Position numbers and translations under genes: made by a program. From IMG/VR virus record IMGVR_UViG_3300050500_000090: 42,398 nucleotides of DNA; one strand, 5' to 3'. Below the pieces are notes generated by a model. The model did no database searches, had not been told where the DNA came from, and worked only from the letters and a program-made list of their open reading frames with translations. Positions 26,064-34,299 of this stretch are shown here, piece after piece; the first letter of the stretch is position 1; the number at the start of each line of letters is the position of its first letter. The stretch is from a virus.

Positions 26064-26292
26064 GGTCTTCGATCTCGAAATAAAGCGTGTTCGTGTCTTC
26101 GGACAACCACGTCTTGAAGCGCTGGAGGTAGGCGTCGCCGTCTTCACCCTCCAGAGCCTCCGACATTTCGCGCCCGATTTCGAACTTCGTGATATTGAGC
26201 TTGATCATGAGCTGGTGAATGATCAAGACAGCCAGCTCCGGCAGCTCGCCAAAGCAATCCAGTAGCGGCTTTTTCTCAGTGTGCGCGCTCAC
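26044..26292 (-). CDS. Acidic hypothetical protein, 82 aa
   Basis: Asp/Glu-rich (…SEALEGEDGDAYL…SEDTNTLYFEIEDRDQAPL). No motif recognised. Confidence 0.6.
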   Translation of the reverse strand: MSAHTEKKPLLDCFGELPELAVLIIHQLMIKLNITKFEIGREMSEALEGEDGDAYLQRFKTWLSEDTNTLYFEIEDRDQAPL

Positions 26293-26638
26293 GGTCTTTG
26301 CGCTCCTTCTTCCAGTGTTTGAACGCTCTCCAAACTTCGCCGAAGATAATGCGATAGGTGGAGAGAACTTCCCGCAAGCTCAGCCTGACGGGCTCGCCGC
26401 TGCCGTAGACGATAGCAGGCTTCGGCAGCGGCTTCGCGGTCCATACCGTCGCGTTCTTATCCTGGTCATAGTACCAGTTCAGAACCTCGTCTAGCTCGCT
26501 GTAGTGAACGAGATCGACATGAGAGATAGCGATCTGTCCGCCAGCCATGCGAACGGTATGGAACATGCAGCGGCGGAGCATGCGGTTCTGTTGCTCCAGG
26601 ATTTCGATCCGCTCTTCCGGTTTGACGCCGTAGTCCAT
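26276..26638 (-). CDS. Hypothetical protein, 120 aa
   Basis: AAGGAAACGCAG precedes the ATG. The composition looks protein-like. No motif recognised. Confidence 0.65.
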   Translation of the reverse strand: MDYGVKPEERIEILEQQNRMLRRCMFHTVRMAGGQIAISHVDLVHYSELDEVLNWYYDQDKNATVWTAKPLPKPAIVYGSGEPVRLSLREVLSTYRIIFGEVWRAFKHWKKERKDRERAH

Positions 26639-26648
26639 CTGCGTTTCC

Positions 26649-26747
26649 TTAATGGTTCTGAAGAATGGTCAAGATCGCGAAGCCTATGCAGCCCGCCGCG
26701 ATCTTAAACGCGAAGATGGCAAGGCCGAGTTTAAGCTCTCGGTCCAT
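26649..26747 (-). CDS. 32-aa single-TM micro-protein (below ORF-track cutoff)
   Basis: Translation: MDRELKLGLAIFAFKIAAGCIGFAILTILQNH. The start lies 4 nt after the stop of 26752..26928. The stop lies 10 nt before ATG 26638. It exactly fills the gap. Confidence 0.4.
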   Translation of the reverse strand: MDRELKLGLAIFAFKIAAGCIGFAILTILQNH

Positions 26748-26751
26748 CGGC

Positions 26752-26928
26752 TTACTTCGCCTTCCCAGTTCCGCCGCAATCGGTACATGTGACCGTCTCG
26801 ACAGTCGGGTTCCCGTTTGCGTCTTTGTAGCCGGTCAATCTGGTGATTGTCTTCCGACCGTGGCATGTGGAGCAGAATTCCTCTTGCGGATGGTCGGCGC
26901 GAGGAAAGCCGCGTTTCGTGTGTGGCAT
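26752..26928 (-). CDS. 58-aa DnaJ-type zinc-finger micro-protein (two CxxCxGxG-like motifs)
   Basis: GGAG lies 8 nt upstream of ATG 26928. Translation: MPHTKRGFPRADHPQEEFCSTCHGRKTITRLTGYKDANGNPTVETVTCTDCGGTGKAK. Confidence 0.6.
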   Translation of the reverse strand: MPHTKRGFPRADHPQEEFCSTCHGRKTITRLTGYKDANGNPTVETVTCTDCGGTGKAK

Positions 26929-26964
26929 GCTGAAGTCTCCTGCGGTTGCGAGTTCGGTTGATCT

Positions 26965-27028
26965 GGGCTCCGCCGTAGCGAGACGGAGCCCTTGACGTGC
27001 ACTATCCGCCGAAGATAGTGCACGTCAA
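26965..27028 (-). other. Two abutting perfect hairpins directly downstream of gene 27031..27636
   Basis: GGGCTCCG(26965-72)/CGGAGCCC(26984-91): 8-bp stem, 11-nt loop. TTGACGTGCACTATC(26992-27006)/GATAGTGCACGTCAA(27014-28): 15-bp perfect stem, 7-nt loop. No U-tract on either strand. Confidence 0.85.
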
Positions 27029-27030
27029 CC

Positions 27031-27636
27031 TTACGCGAGAGCCTTGACGGCCAGCGCGTAGAGTTCCTGATATTTGGTCTGGGGCGTGGACTTCAGATCC
27101 GCCGAGCCGACCTTCTTGAAGAGCTGCGTCAGAGCCGGTTGCCCCTTGGCCTTGAGAACGTCGCGCAGCTTGGCCGTCAGGCTCTCCCGCGTGATCTCGA
27201 CGACCTCTTCGCCGCCCAGCAGATCCTCGTCGCCGCCCAAGCCGGGCTCTTCCGCGCCGAGCTGGTCTTCCTTATCCAGACCGCCGACGTTCATGCCGTC
27301 TTCCGTGTCCGACAGCAGCGCCTCGGAGCCGTTGGTCTTTTCCTTGGGCTTCGGACCCGGCTTCTTCTTGTCCGTGGCGGCCGTTTCGGTCTTGGGAGCG
27401 GCGATAGCAGCCTGACCCTTCCCGCCAGCCAGGAGCTTCCGAGCGGCGTCGGGATGCGCAGAGGTCGCCGTGCCGATCAGATGCTGCATGACCTTGGCGC
27501 GCAGCTCGGAGGTCGCCGCGTCCACATCCTCGCCGCGACCGAGTTCGGCGCGCATGGCAATGGTTGCCTTGACGGACTGGTAATCGCCTGCGTTCATGGT
27601 GAACCCGGCTTCGACTTGAATGCTCGTAACGTCCAT
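27031..27636 (-). CDS. Hypothetical protein, 201 aa (folded N- and C-terminal parts joined by an acidic/Gly-rich disordered linker)
   Basis: GGAGACTGACAAA precedes the ATG. The central segment ...DKKKPGPKPKEKTNGSE...GGDEDLLGGEE is low complexity. No motif recognised. Confidence 0.7.
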   Translation of the reverse strand: MDVTSIQVEAGFTMNAGDYQSVKATIAMRAELGRGEDVDAATSELRAKVMQHLIGTATSAHPDAARKLLAGGKGQAAIAAPKTETAATDKKKPGPKPKEKTNGSEALLSDTEDGMNVGGLDKEDQLGAEEPGLGGDEDLLGGEEVVEITRESLTAKLRDVLKAKGQPALTQLFKKVGSADLKSTPQTKYQELYALAVKALA

Positions 27637-27727
27637 TTTGTCAGTCTCCAGTTGTGGTTAGGATGGAACCGGCTTCCAGAATTGCACTGGTGCGCGCTAG
27701 GACTTCACTCCCTAAGCCGGTATTAAC

Positions 27728-27820
27728 TCAGAACAGCAGGTTGACGGTATAGCCAGCAACCCAGGGCAGCGCGAGCCAGAATACGACGGCAAGCCAGCCC
27801 TTTTTATCTCTCTCGGTCAT
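27728..27820 (-). CDS. 30-aa single-TM micro-protein (below ORF-track cutoff)
   Basis: Translation: MTERDKKGWLAVVFWLALPWVAGYTVNLLF. The ATG overlaps the helicase stop (ATGA). Confidence 0.4.
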   Translation of the reverse strand: MTERDKKGWLAVVFWLALPWVAGYTVNLLF

Positions 27821-29439
27821 GGGAACCTCCTTGCGAGAAAATTAAAGAACTTGCCCTTTCGTATCACATGTATTTGGTTCGGTAAAACTAATTCTTGTTT
27901 GCGCTCCCTGGCGTCGCGGGCTGTTTTCGGCACGGGAAGCTTTCCGTTGTGCGTCCTCCACCACTTCTCGAATGCATGCCGCGCAGCGAAGCTTTCCGGA
28001 AAGACATATTCCTGCACCGTAGCGCCGTCAACCGTCTTGTGCATTGCGACAAAGCACTCTGGCTTTTCCTCCAGTTCGTGAGTGCTTCGGGGCTTGTGTA
28101 CGCGGAATGTGGTATTGCGGAGATCGACCCAGACGGCCTTGTTCTCGATGATCGTCTTTCCGTCTTCGTCGAGACCGTCTTCGTTGATCGGCCAGTAGTA
28201 GCCGCATTCCTTGCAGTGTTGCGTCGTCCGGTCAACCTTCGTCCCGCATTCCGGACAGTTCTTAAACATGTTCTCGAATGGAGCGTCGCAAGCGCTGCAC
28301 TTACGAGCTTGCATCGAATTGCTTTCCCCGCATTTGGGGCAGAGTTTTCTATCCTTGGAGTTGCCTTTCTCCCTGATCTCAGGGGAACCGAATTCACCGA
28401 AGCGAGAGATATTCCCGCCGTAGTCCAGCAGCAGGCAGTTGATCTTGCCTGGATAGATCCGCGTCCCGCGTCCACCGCATTGAATGAACAGAACCGGCGA
28501 GCCGATAGGGCGGCAGAGCACGACGCAGTCAAGGGCGGGATAGTTGAAGCCTGTCGTGCGGATGCCGACAGAGATCTCCACGCGATACAAGCCCGCGAGA
28601 AAGGCTTCCGTGGCGTTGTCGCGCTCGGTCGCGTCCATCTCACCGTGGACGACGTTCGCCATGACGCCATGCTTCGCAAACTCCTGCTGCATGACGTAGG
28701 CGTGCCGCACATTGATGGCGATCACCAGGATAGCCCAGCGGTCAACCGTTCTCTCGACGATCTGCGCGACGATCTTCTTCGTTTTGGCGTTGTCCTGCGC
28801 CAGCTCGTCCAGCTCGTTCTGAACGAACTCTCCGCCGCGCATGTGCAAACCTTCGTCGGAATAAGCCAGCTCAGAGCCCAGCTTCGCGAACGGCACGAGG
28901 TGGCCTTCGTCTACCAGCGTCTGGTATTTGATCTCGTAGCTGATCTCGTCAAAGATCGCATGCTCCCCTTTGTGGAGGTATCCTGTCCCTGAACGGAACG
29001 GCGTCGCGGTCAATCCGATTACGGGGATGCCGGGAAACTTCTCCAGGACGGAACGATACATCTTCCCGCCGACAGGAGTAATGCGGTGACATTCGTCGAT
29101 GATAATCAGCGTGACGTCGTCGAAGTCCTCCAGCTTCTTGTAGACGCTCTGAATGCTGGCGATAACTACGTCTGCGTCATACTCGTAGCGCTTCAGTCCC
29201 GCACAGCAGACGCCGACGTCCAGCTCCGGAGCGTTCTCCCTCAGCTCAGCTTCGTTCTGCTGTACAAGCTCCTTGACGTGCGTCAGAACCAGCACGCGGC
29301 CGAACATGGCTTCGTTGACGCAGAGCATTGCCGCGATAAGGCTCTTACCTCCGCCTGTCGGGACAACGATAAGCTTCTTCCCTTCCGGAGGCTGTACAGA
29401 ATTGACAGCCTCCGTCTGATACCAGCGCGGCGTTTTCAT
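27817..29439 (-). CDS. Superfamily 2 DEAD/DEAH-box DNA helicase with C-terminal zinc ribbons
   Basis: RWYQ; Walker A VPTGGGKS; IIIDECH; GLTATP; QCGGRGTR. Then CPKCG..CSAC and CPECG..CKEC. Confidence 0.92.
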   Translation of the reverse strand: MKTPRWYQTEAVNSVQPPEGKKLIVVPTGGGKSLIAAMLCVNEAMFGRVLVLTHVKELVQQNEAELRENAPELDVGVCCAGLKRYEYDADVVIASIQSVYKKLEDFDDVTLIIIDECHRITPVGGKMYRSVLEKFPGIPVIGLTATPFRSGTGYLHKGEHAIFDEISYEIKYQTLVDEGHLVPFAKLGSELAYSDEGLHMRGGEFVQNELDELAQDNAKTKKIVAQIVERTVDRWAILVIAINVRHAYVMQQEFAKHGVMANVVHGEMDATERDNATEAFLAGLYRVEISVGIRTTGFNYPALDCVVLCRPIGSPVLFIQCGGRGTRIYPGKINCLLLDYGGNISRFGEFGSPEIREKGNSKDRKLCPKCGESNSMQARKCSACDAPFENMFKNCPECGTKVDRTTQHCKECGYYWPINEDGLDEDGKTIIENKAVWVDLRNTTFRVHKPRSTHELEEKPECFVAMHKTVDGATVQEYVFPESFAARHAFEKWWRTHNGKLPVPKTARDARERKQELVLPNQIHVIRKGKFFNFLARRFP

Positions 29440-29442
29440 AGA

Positions 29443-30456
29443 CTACTCGGCGGCTTGGATAGCTTCGGCTACGGTTGCGATCTCGGCTTGCTTGTTGACG
29501 CCGTTCTCGTCAGCGTCCTGGGGCTCGCAGAAGGGCTTTCCGCTTGTCGGGCTCGTGTCGCTCCACTTGGTTCCGCAGACCTCGCAGAGCGGATCGACGT
29601 CGCCGCCGTTGTAATCGACGGCGGGGAAGACGTGGTCCTTCTTGCCGAGCGCTTCAATTGCGTCCGGCTCGGCTTTCTGCGTCAACAGCTCCGGCTCGTC
29701 CTGGTCCGCGAGAACCAGTGTGTAGTTGATCGGCTTCGCCGCTTTCTCCATCCTATTCAGCGTCTCGCCGAGCATCTTCGTTACGACGTCGCTATAGTTT
29801 TGCCCTGATACTAAGTCGATAATGAACCGCCTTGCTTCATCGATAACATGACGACGGCGGTTCGCGACCTTGCGGATTGACACGATTTCGTTGCGCAGAG
29901 CCTTTTTCTGTTCGGCGTTGTTGTCTTTATGATTGAAGACGGTCTGCAAATCCTTCTGAAGCTTCTCGTTCTCCTCTTTCAGGCCGATAATGGTCTGGCG
30001 CTGGTTCTCGTGCATCCCCTCCAGATCGGCATAGGCGCTTCGCTGGCGCTGGTTCATCGTTTCCAGGGTCTTGGCGAAGCGCTGCACTTCCTGGTAGCGC
30101 TCTTCCATCTTCGAGACTTGCAGAGTGGCCTTCAGAGCGAGGCTGCGCTGGGCGATGTACAGCTCTTCGAGGCTGGCTTCCCTTGCGTCGCGATATTCCT
30201 GCCGGATGCGCTGGGCTTCGACTTCGCGGCGCAGCTTATCGACTTCTTCGAGCAAGGCGCGGCGCTCATAGACGTTGTTGTCGTAGTCGGCGAGCAAGGT
30301 TCCGGCGATCTGCGAGAGTTTGTCGAAAGCCTCTTTGCGGTGCGCGTGCTCGGTTCCGTGCGGCAGCGAGTTGATGGCGATCTCCATGCCGTACATCGCG
30401 CCACGGAAAGCAGATCCAATGCTCTCCATCGCTTGGCTGTTCATTCTGTCTTCCAT
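29443..30456 (-). CDS. Long coiled-coil protein, 337 aa, function unknown
   Basis: GGAG lies 7 nt upstream of the ATG. Extended heptad-like Glu/Arg/Lys/Gln-rich central region. C-terminal CEVCG. Confidence 0.75.
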   Translation of the reverse strand: MEDRMNSQAMESIGSAFRGAMYGMEIAINSLPHGTEHAHRKEAFDKLSQIAGTLLADYDNNVYERRALLEEVDKLRREVEAQRIRQEYRDAREASLEELYIAQRSLALKATLQVSKMEERYQEVQRFAKTLETMNQRQRSAYADLEGMHENQRQTIIGLKEENEKLQKDLQTVFNHKDNNAEQKKALRNEIVSIRKVANRRRHVIDEARRFIIDLVSGQNYSDVVTKMLGETLNRMEKAAKPINYTLVLADQDEPELLTQKAEPDAIEALGKKDHVFPAVDYNGGDVDPLCEVCGTKWSDTSPTSGKPFCEPQDADENGVNKQAEIATVAEAIQAAE

Positions 30457-30487
30457 GTCAGTCTCCTTCGGTGAGGTTTGCTGTTGA

Positions 30488-32887
30488 TCAGTCTAGCAGC
30501 TCGTCTGCTTCTTCCTGTAGGTCGATCTTGTAGCGGAATTGGCCGTTCTGGTAAACGATTTCCTTTACGAGATGACGACCTTTCTTTCTGAAGTGCCCCC
30601 TTCCTTTGCCGTGGTCGTGTTTCGATGTTTCGCCTATCGTCCAGCCAGCATGACGCAGCATTTTTTCCAGATCTTGCAGCGCGTAGCGTGCTGTCGCCTG
30701 GAGCTTCTTATCCCTGCCGTTTTCGTCGCCGAAGCCTAACGCGCTCCAGAGCTGCGAACGATGGATGAAGCCTTCTTCGAACGCATTGATTTTATCGAAC
30801 ATCTCTTCGATTGTCACGTCTCGGTCAATGCGCGTCTGTTGGATCGCCTCCATATCCTTGACAGCCTCCGGGGAGAGACGGAGGTCTAACGTTAGATCCT
30901 CCCAGGCCACGGCTTCCGCCCAGAGCTGGTCTCTTTCTGCCTTCAACGCATCCCAGTCAAGTTCTTTTGTCACGGGGATGATAGGAAAGCGGCGGTTCCC
31001 GGTAAGATCTCGTAAGACGCGATGCTCGTTTGTGGTGCCGACGAAGACGGCAAGCCGATGATACTCAGAGACTTCGGTCGCGTGGTTCTTAATCAGTTCG
31101 TCCTTCTTCTGAGTGACGAAGGCTTTGATCTTTTCAATCTCGGTGCTTTTCTTCCCCGACAGCTCTCCGAACTCAACAAACAGCTTCCCTTGGATCTGCG
31201 TATAGAGACGTTTTTCTTCGAGATCAAGCCGGACTGAATTCAGGAACCATTCCGGATTAGGGCACAGCAGCTCGAACAGAGACGACTTGCCGAGCCCTTG
31301 CAGTCCCTGAAGGATCGGCATCATATCGAACTTGAAGCCGGGTTGAAACACGCGGCGAACCACGGCGTAGCACAGCAGTTGACCGAGTTCGCGGACGGCA
31401 GGGCGGTTCGGCGCTCCCATATGCCGCTGAAACATGGTTTCCAGGCGATAGACGCCGTCCCACTTCCCGGACAGGCTGTTGAAGTAGTCCTGCGCGGGGT
31501 TGTAGGGGGCCTGCCGGGCTATACCTTCGACAAACTCGCGCAGGACGTTGCGAGATGGTCTCCAGCGCTGGTCATGTGCGATGCTCCAGAGGTCGATAAG
31601 GCTCTCGTTCGTCATGCGCTCTCCGTCCAGACGAACGCATTTGGCGAAATCATCCCAGCGCGCCGTTATGCCAAGGTCGCGAAGATGATCCTCGCAGTTC
31701 TGCTTTGAGTTCGTCTCCAGCTCCTGCGAGAGCCCTTCGGCCGTGCGCTTGCGGTCGCTGTAGTGGATAGCCAAAGGGCGATAGTCGATATAGGGCTCCA
31801 GCTCGCTCCTAAGCCGTTCAAACGCTGGTGAACGGAGGCGATCCTTCTCCACGTCCGTGACTTTGACCTGTCCCGCCATCTGCTTCAGCGTAATCCAGTG
31901 CGTCGGACGCGGATGCTCGGCGTCCAGGCCGTTCCAGAGCGCGACGCAGTCGAAGCCGCCCTTGTAGTTGTTGCCGAGCCCGGACCAAGTCTCGAAGATG
32001 TTCAGGCCGATATCGGAGCCTTCAAACATGTAATGAAGGGCTCCGCCGACGCGCCTCCACTCGTTGCGGCCCATGCTGGGATTGAGCTTGGCCATGACGT
32101 CCAAGACGTCGTCAAGGCGGATCTGGCTGCGCGTCGTGCCGTGGAGCTGGGCTTTCTGTTGCTCCTCTCTGTTGCGGAGATCGGCTGTCGGGGAGCGCTT
32201 GGCCTTTTCTTTCTGCATGTCGTAGACGCGCGCCGTTCCGCTGTCCCCGGTTTGCATCTTCTGGAAGGCGTTGGAGGCGTTCTCGTCCGTGGCGGCCAGC
32301 GCATCCGGAAAGGCGAAGTGCTTAGCGACAGCCGCGAGCGTCAGCCTGGGAAGGTACGATCGATTGTGGACGATCCGGGAGACAGGGCGCTCGGCGTATT
32401 TGGTGTTCATGAAGCCGGGAGCGCGGAGGATCTGGGCGGGGCCCGTCGCGCATTCGTGGTCGTGTCCGTGCCATTCGACCATGCGGCGGTGAATAAGCTC
32501 CCACATATCGACGGGGATCGCCTCACACAGCCAGAAGCGTTGAAAGCGGCCAGGGCTCGTCTCGATGGTGAAATGGGCGTCCTGGCCGCAAATCTGGGGC
32601 TCTGCGCGGGGATCTGTGGTCTTCCCCGGCTCGGCGTCCTGGTAGAGGCAGCGCAGCTCCCGGTAGGCGTCGATTTTGGCGTAACGCGAGCCGGGATCGT
32701 TCGCCGTGAAGTAGATGGAATAGCCGGCCGCGTTCAGGGCTTGCAGCTCAGGGAGAAATTGCCACAGCTCGCCATAGAAGGACTTGGCGTCGTCGGCGGC
32801 GTGGTCAACCGCGCGGAAGAGGTGAGACCCGGCGAAGGCGTCAAAGAAGGCTTCGATTGCATTGCAATCGACGGAGGGCTGTGCCAT
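30488..32887 (-). CDS. DNA primase: RepB'-type catalytic domain plus PriCT-like domain plus VirE/D5-like P-loop NTPase
   Basis: GYSIYFTAN and TIETSPGRFQRFWL (RepB'-type hallmark). W..VGGALHYMF...FETWS (PriCT-like). Walker A GLQGLGKSS with LAVFVGTTNE (VirE-like). ATG 32887 is preferred over the track's TTG at 32938, which lies inside a hairpin. Confidence 0.9.
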   Translation of the reverse strand: MAQPSVDCNAIEAFFDAFAGSHLFRAVDHAADDAKSFYGELWQFLPELQALNAAGYSIYFTANDPGSRYAKIDAYRELRCLYQDAEPGKTTDPRAEPQICGQDAHFTIETSPGRFQRFWLCEAIPVDMWELIHRRMVEWHGHDHECATGPAQILRAPGFMNTKYAERPVSRIVHNRSYLPRLTLAAVAKHFAFPDALAATDENASNAFQKMQTGDSGTARVYDMQKEKAKRSPTADLRNREEQQKAQLHGTTRSQIRLDDVLDVMAKLNPSMGRNEWRRVGGALHYMFEGSDIGLNIFETWSGLGNNYKGGFDCVALWNGLDAEHPRPTHWITLKQMAGQVKVTDVEKDRLRSPAFERLRSELEPYIDYRPLAIHYSDRKRTAEGLSQELETNSKQNCEDHLRDLGITARWDDFAKCVRLDGERMTNESLIDLWSIAHDQRWRPSRNVLREFVEGIARQAPYNPAQDYFNSLSGKWDGVYRLETMFQRHMGAPNRPAVRELGQLLCYAVVRRVFQPGFKFDMMPILQGLQGLGKSSLFELLCPNPEWFLNSVRLDLEEKRLYTQIQGKLFVEFGELSGKKSTEIEKIKAFVTQKKDELIKNHATEVSEYHRLAVFVGTTNEHRVLRDLTGNRRFPIIPVTKELDWDALKAERDQLWAEAVAWEDLTLDLRLSPEAVKDMEAIQQTRIDRDVTIEEMFDKINAFEEGFIHRSQLWSALGFGDENGRDKKLQATARYALQDLEKMLRHAGWTIGETSKHDHGKGRGHFRKKGRHLVKEIVYQNGQFRYKIDLQEEADELLD
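31814..31825 (-). repeat. GCGTTTGAACGG dispersed 12-mer, exact copy 5 (reads CCGTTCAAACGC on + strand)
   Basis: Read directly from the sequence. Sense orientation inside the primase CDS (codes PAFERL). Confidence 0.95.
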
Positions 32888-32937
32888 ATATGGTTCCTGC
32901 GAGGTCGGCGAGGGCCTAGCGGTTGATCTCTTCTGCA

Positions 32938-32982
32938 AGGCCGTTCAGATGCTTCGGCGTCACCTTGGCATCTGAACGGCCT
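32938..32982 (-). other. Perfect 15-bp hairpin between the 65-aa ORF and the primase gene
   Basis: AGGCCGTTCAGATGC(32938-52)/GCATCTGAACGGCCT(32968-82), 15-nt loop. It starts 5 nt downstream of the stop at 32988. No U-tract. Confidence 0.85.
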
Positions 32983-32987
32983 CTCCG

Positions 32988-33185
32988 TCAACTCCAGGCT
33001 TCGGTTGACGTCTCGATCCGGAATTCTGTATGCGGTTCGATCAGGGTCCACTTGGCCAGAGCAGCGAAGGCCTTGTCCTCAGCTTCCTTGATGCTTCTCG
33101 TTCCCGGACGGTATTGTCCGAAGCTATTGCGACGCTTCCACTCAGAGAAAGCGTCGCGGCGGGATAGTAAGCGAACGTAAATCAT
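32988..33185 (-). CDS. Hypothetical protein, 65 aa
   Basis: The ATG overlaps the stop of the SprT-like gene (ATGA coupling). Confidence 0.5.
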   Translation of the reverse strand: MIYVRLLSRRDAFSEWKRRNSFGQYRPGTRSIKEAEDKAFAALAKWTLIEPHTEFRIETSTEAWS

Positions 33186-34063
33186 TCTTCCTCGTCTCCA
33201 TCTTCCTGTTCAACTTCGATATCGAGATAGATCTTCGTCGGGATCATATATTTCAGTCTATCGACGTTCGGCGTCTCCTCCATGATGTAGTTGATATCGG
33301 GCTGTTTGCACTTCGGCGAAGGGCAATGGGTATAATAGCGGCCTTCTTCGATCATCGCAATTTCGGCAAGCGGAGCTTTCGAGGCGCGGAACTTGAAACC
33401 GCAACAGGGACACTCGACTTTGAGGTTCCGGCCTTTCTGACGCTTCTTGACGCTAGGGGTAAGCTTCTTGTGGGGCAGCGGACCTAGGTCGGCGAGCACG
33501 TGAGAGAAGAGCTTCCGGAAGGGCTCTCCCTCGGTCGTGTGCGTCGGCTTGCCTTCCAGTTCCATGACCTTGCAGAACTTGCGGAAGCGGTTGCGATGAC
33601 CTTCCTTAACGCCGAGCACGGCATGGCCTAGTTCGTGAACCAGGACGCCCAGGACGCGGATAGGATCGTCCAGGAGCGGAGAGACGAACATCTCTACCGT
33701 GTCGTCGCCTGACGTAGACGGGCAGTGACATTCGCCGATACGCGTCCCCAGGCCGCCGACAGACGGGAAGCCGACAGTTGCGCGAACCTTCTCAGGGATC
33801 TGGTAGCCGCGCTCAAGGAACATAGGGCGAAGCAGATGAATGGCGGTCATCAGCCACTCTTCGCGCGTGTAGTCGATAGCGCGGTTTGACGTCTTAGCGA
33901 TCTGCTGAAGCTTGGCGACGGTGACGCGCTTACGGTCACGAGCGGCTTTGTTGCGCTTGGCCTTGCCTTCGAGATACTTCGCATAGCGGTCCATATCGGC
34001 GGCGAACTTGCGCTCGATCAGGTGAGGAAGGCCGGTATATTTGGCTTTGATTGGCTTCTTCAT
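33182..34063 (-). CDS. SprT-like zinc metalloprotease with C-terminal zinc ribbon and acidic tail
   Basis: VLVHELGHAV (HExxH) preceded by IGECHCP...EMFVSP. CPCCG...CPSPKC. C-terminus EVEQEDGDEEE. Confidence 0.8.
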   Translation of the reverse strand: MKKPIKAKYTGLPHLIERKFAADMDRYAKYLEGKAKRNKAARDRKRVTVAKLQQIAKTSNRAIDYTREEWLMTAIHLLRPMFLERGYQIPEKVRATVGFPSVGGLGTRIGECHCPSTSGDDTVEMFVSPLLDDPIRVLGVLVHELGHAVLGVKEGHRNRFRKFCKVMELEGKPTHTTEGEPFRKLFSHVLADLGPLPHKKLTPSVKKRQKGRNLKVECPCCGFKFRASKAPLAEIAMIEEGRYYTHCPSPKCKQPDINYIMEETPNVDRLKYMIPTKIYLDIEVEQEDGDEEE

Positions 34064-34099
34064 GGCGAGGGTTCCTGTTAGTTCGTGTTGACAGGTATC

Positions 34100-34128
34100 T
34101 CTCTAGGCGCGTTCAAACGATGTGTCAA
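34100..34128 (-). promoter_or_regulatory. Candidate sigma70-type promoter for the SprT/primase operon
   Basis: On the - strand: TTGACA (34128..34123), 17-nt spacer, TAGAGA (34105..34100). The spacer contains a near copy of the dispersed motif (tCGTTTGAACGc). Flanked by the GTTGACA/TGTCAAC inverted repeat. Confidence 0.35.
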
Positions 34129-34137
34129 CGATCTTTT

Positions 34138-34299
34138 TCACAGCACGGCATGGATAAGGCAGATATCAGGATCGAACAGGCTGATAACGTCACCTTCGAG
34201 ACGGTTCGCGATGGTACGCGCCGTTCGATAGTCGCTCCCGATGGCTGTGAACACAAAACGAAGCTTCTCAGAGCTGTAGTACCGAACGGCGTACGTCAT
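34138..34299 (-). CDS. Hypothetical protein, 53 aa
   Basis: Internal ATG (MTYAVRYYSSEK...) with AGGGAGACTGCCCAA upstream. ATGA-coupled to the 44-aa ORF. Confidence 0.5.
   Translation of the reverse strand: MTYAVRYYSSEKLRFVFTAIGSDYRTARTIANRLEGDVISLFDPDICLIHAVL

Noticed and set aside
31821-31830. GCTGGTG (7 of the 8 nt of the E. coli Chi site) overlapping 12-mer copy 5.
   Set aside because: It is a single occurrence in a non-enteric-looking genome and is most likely coincidence.
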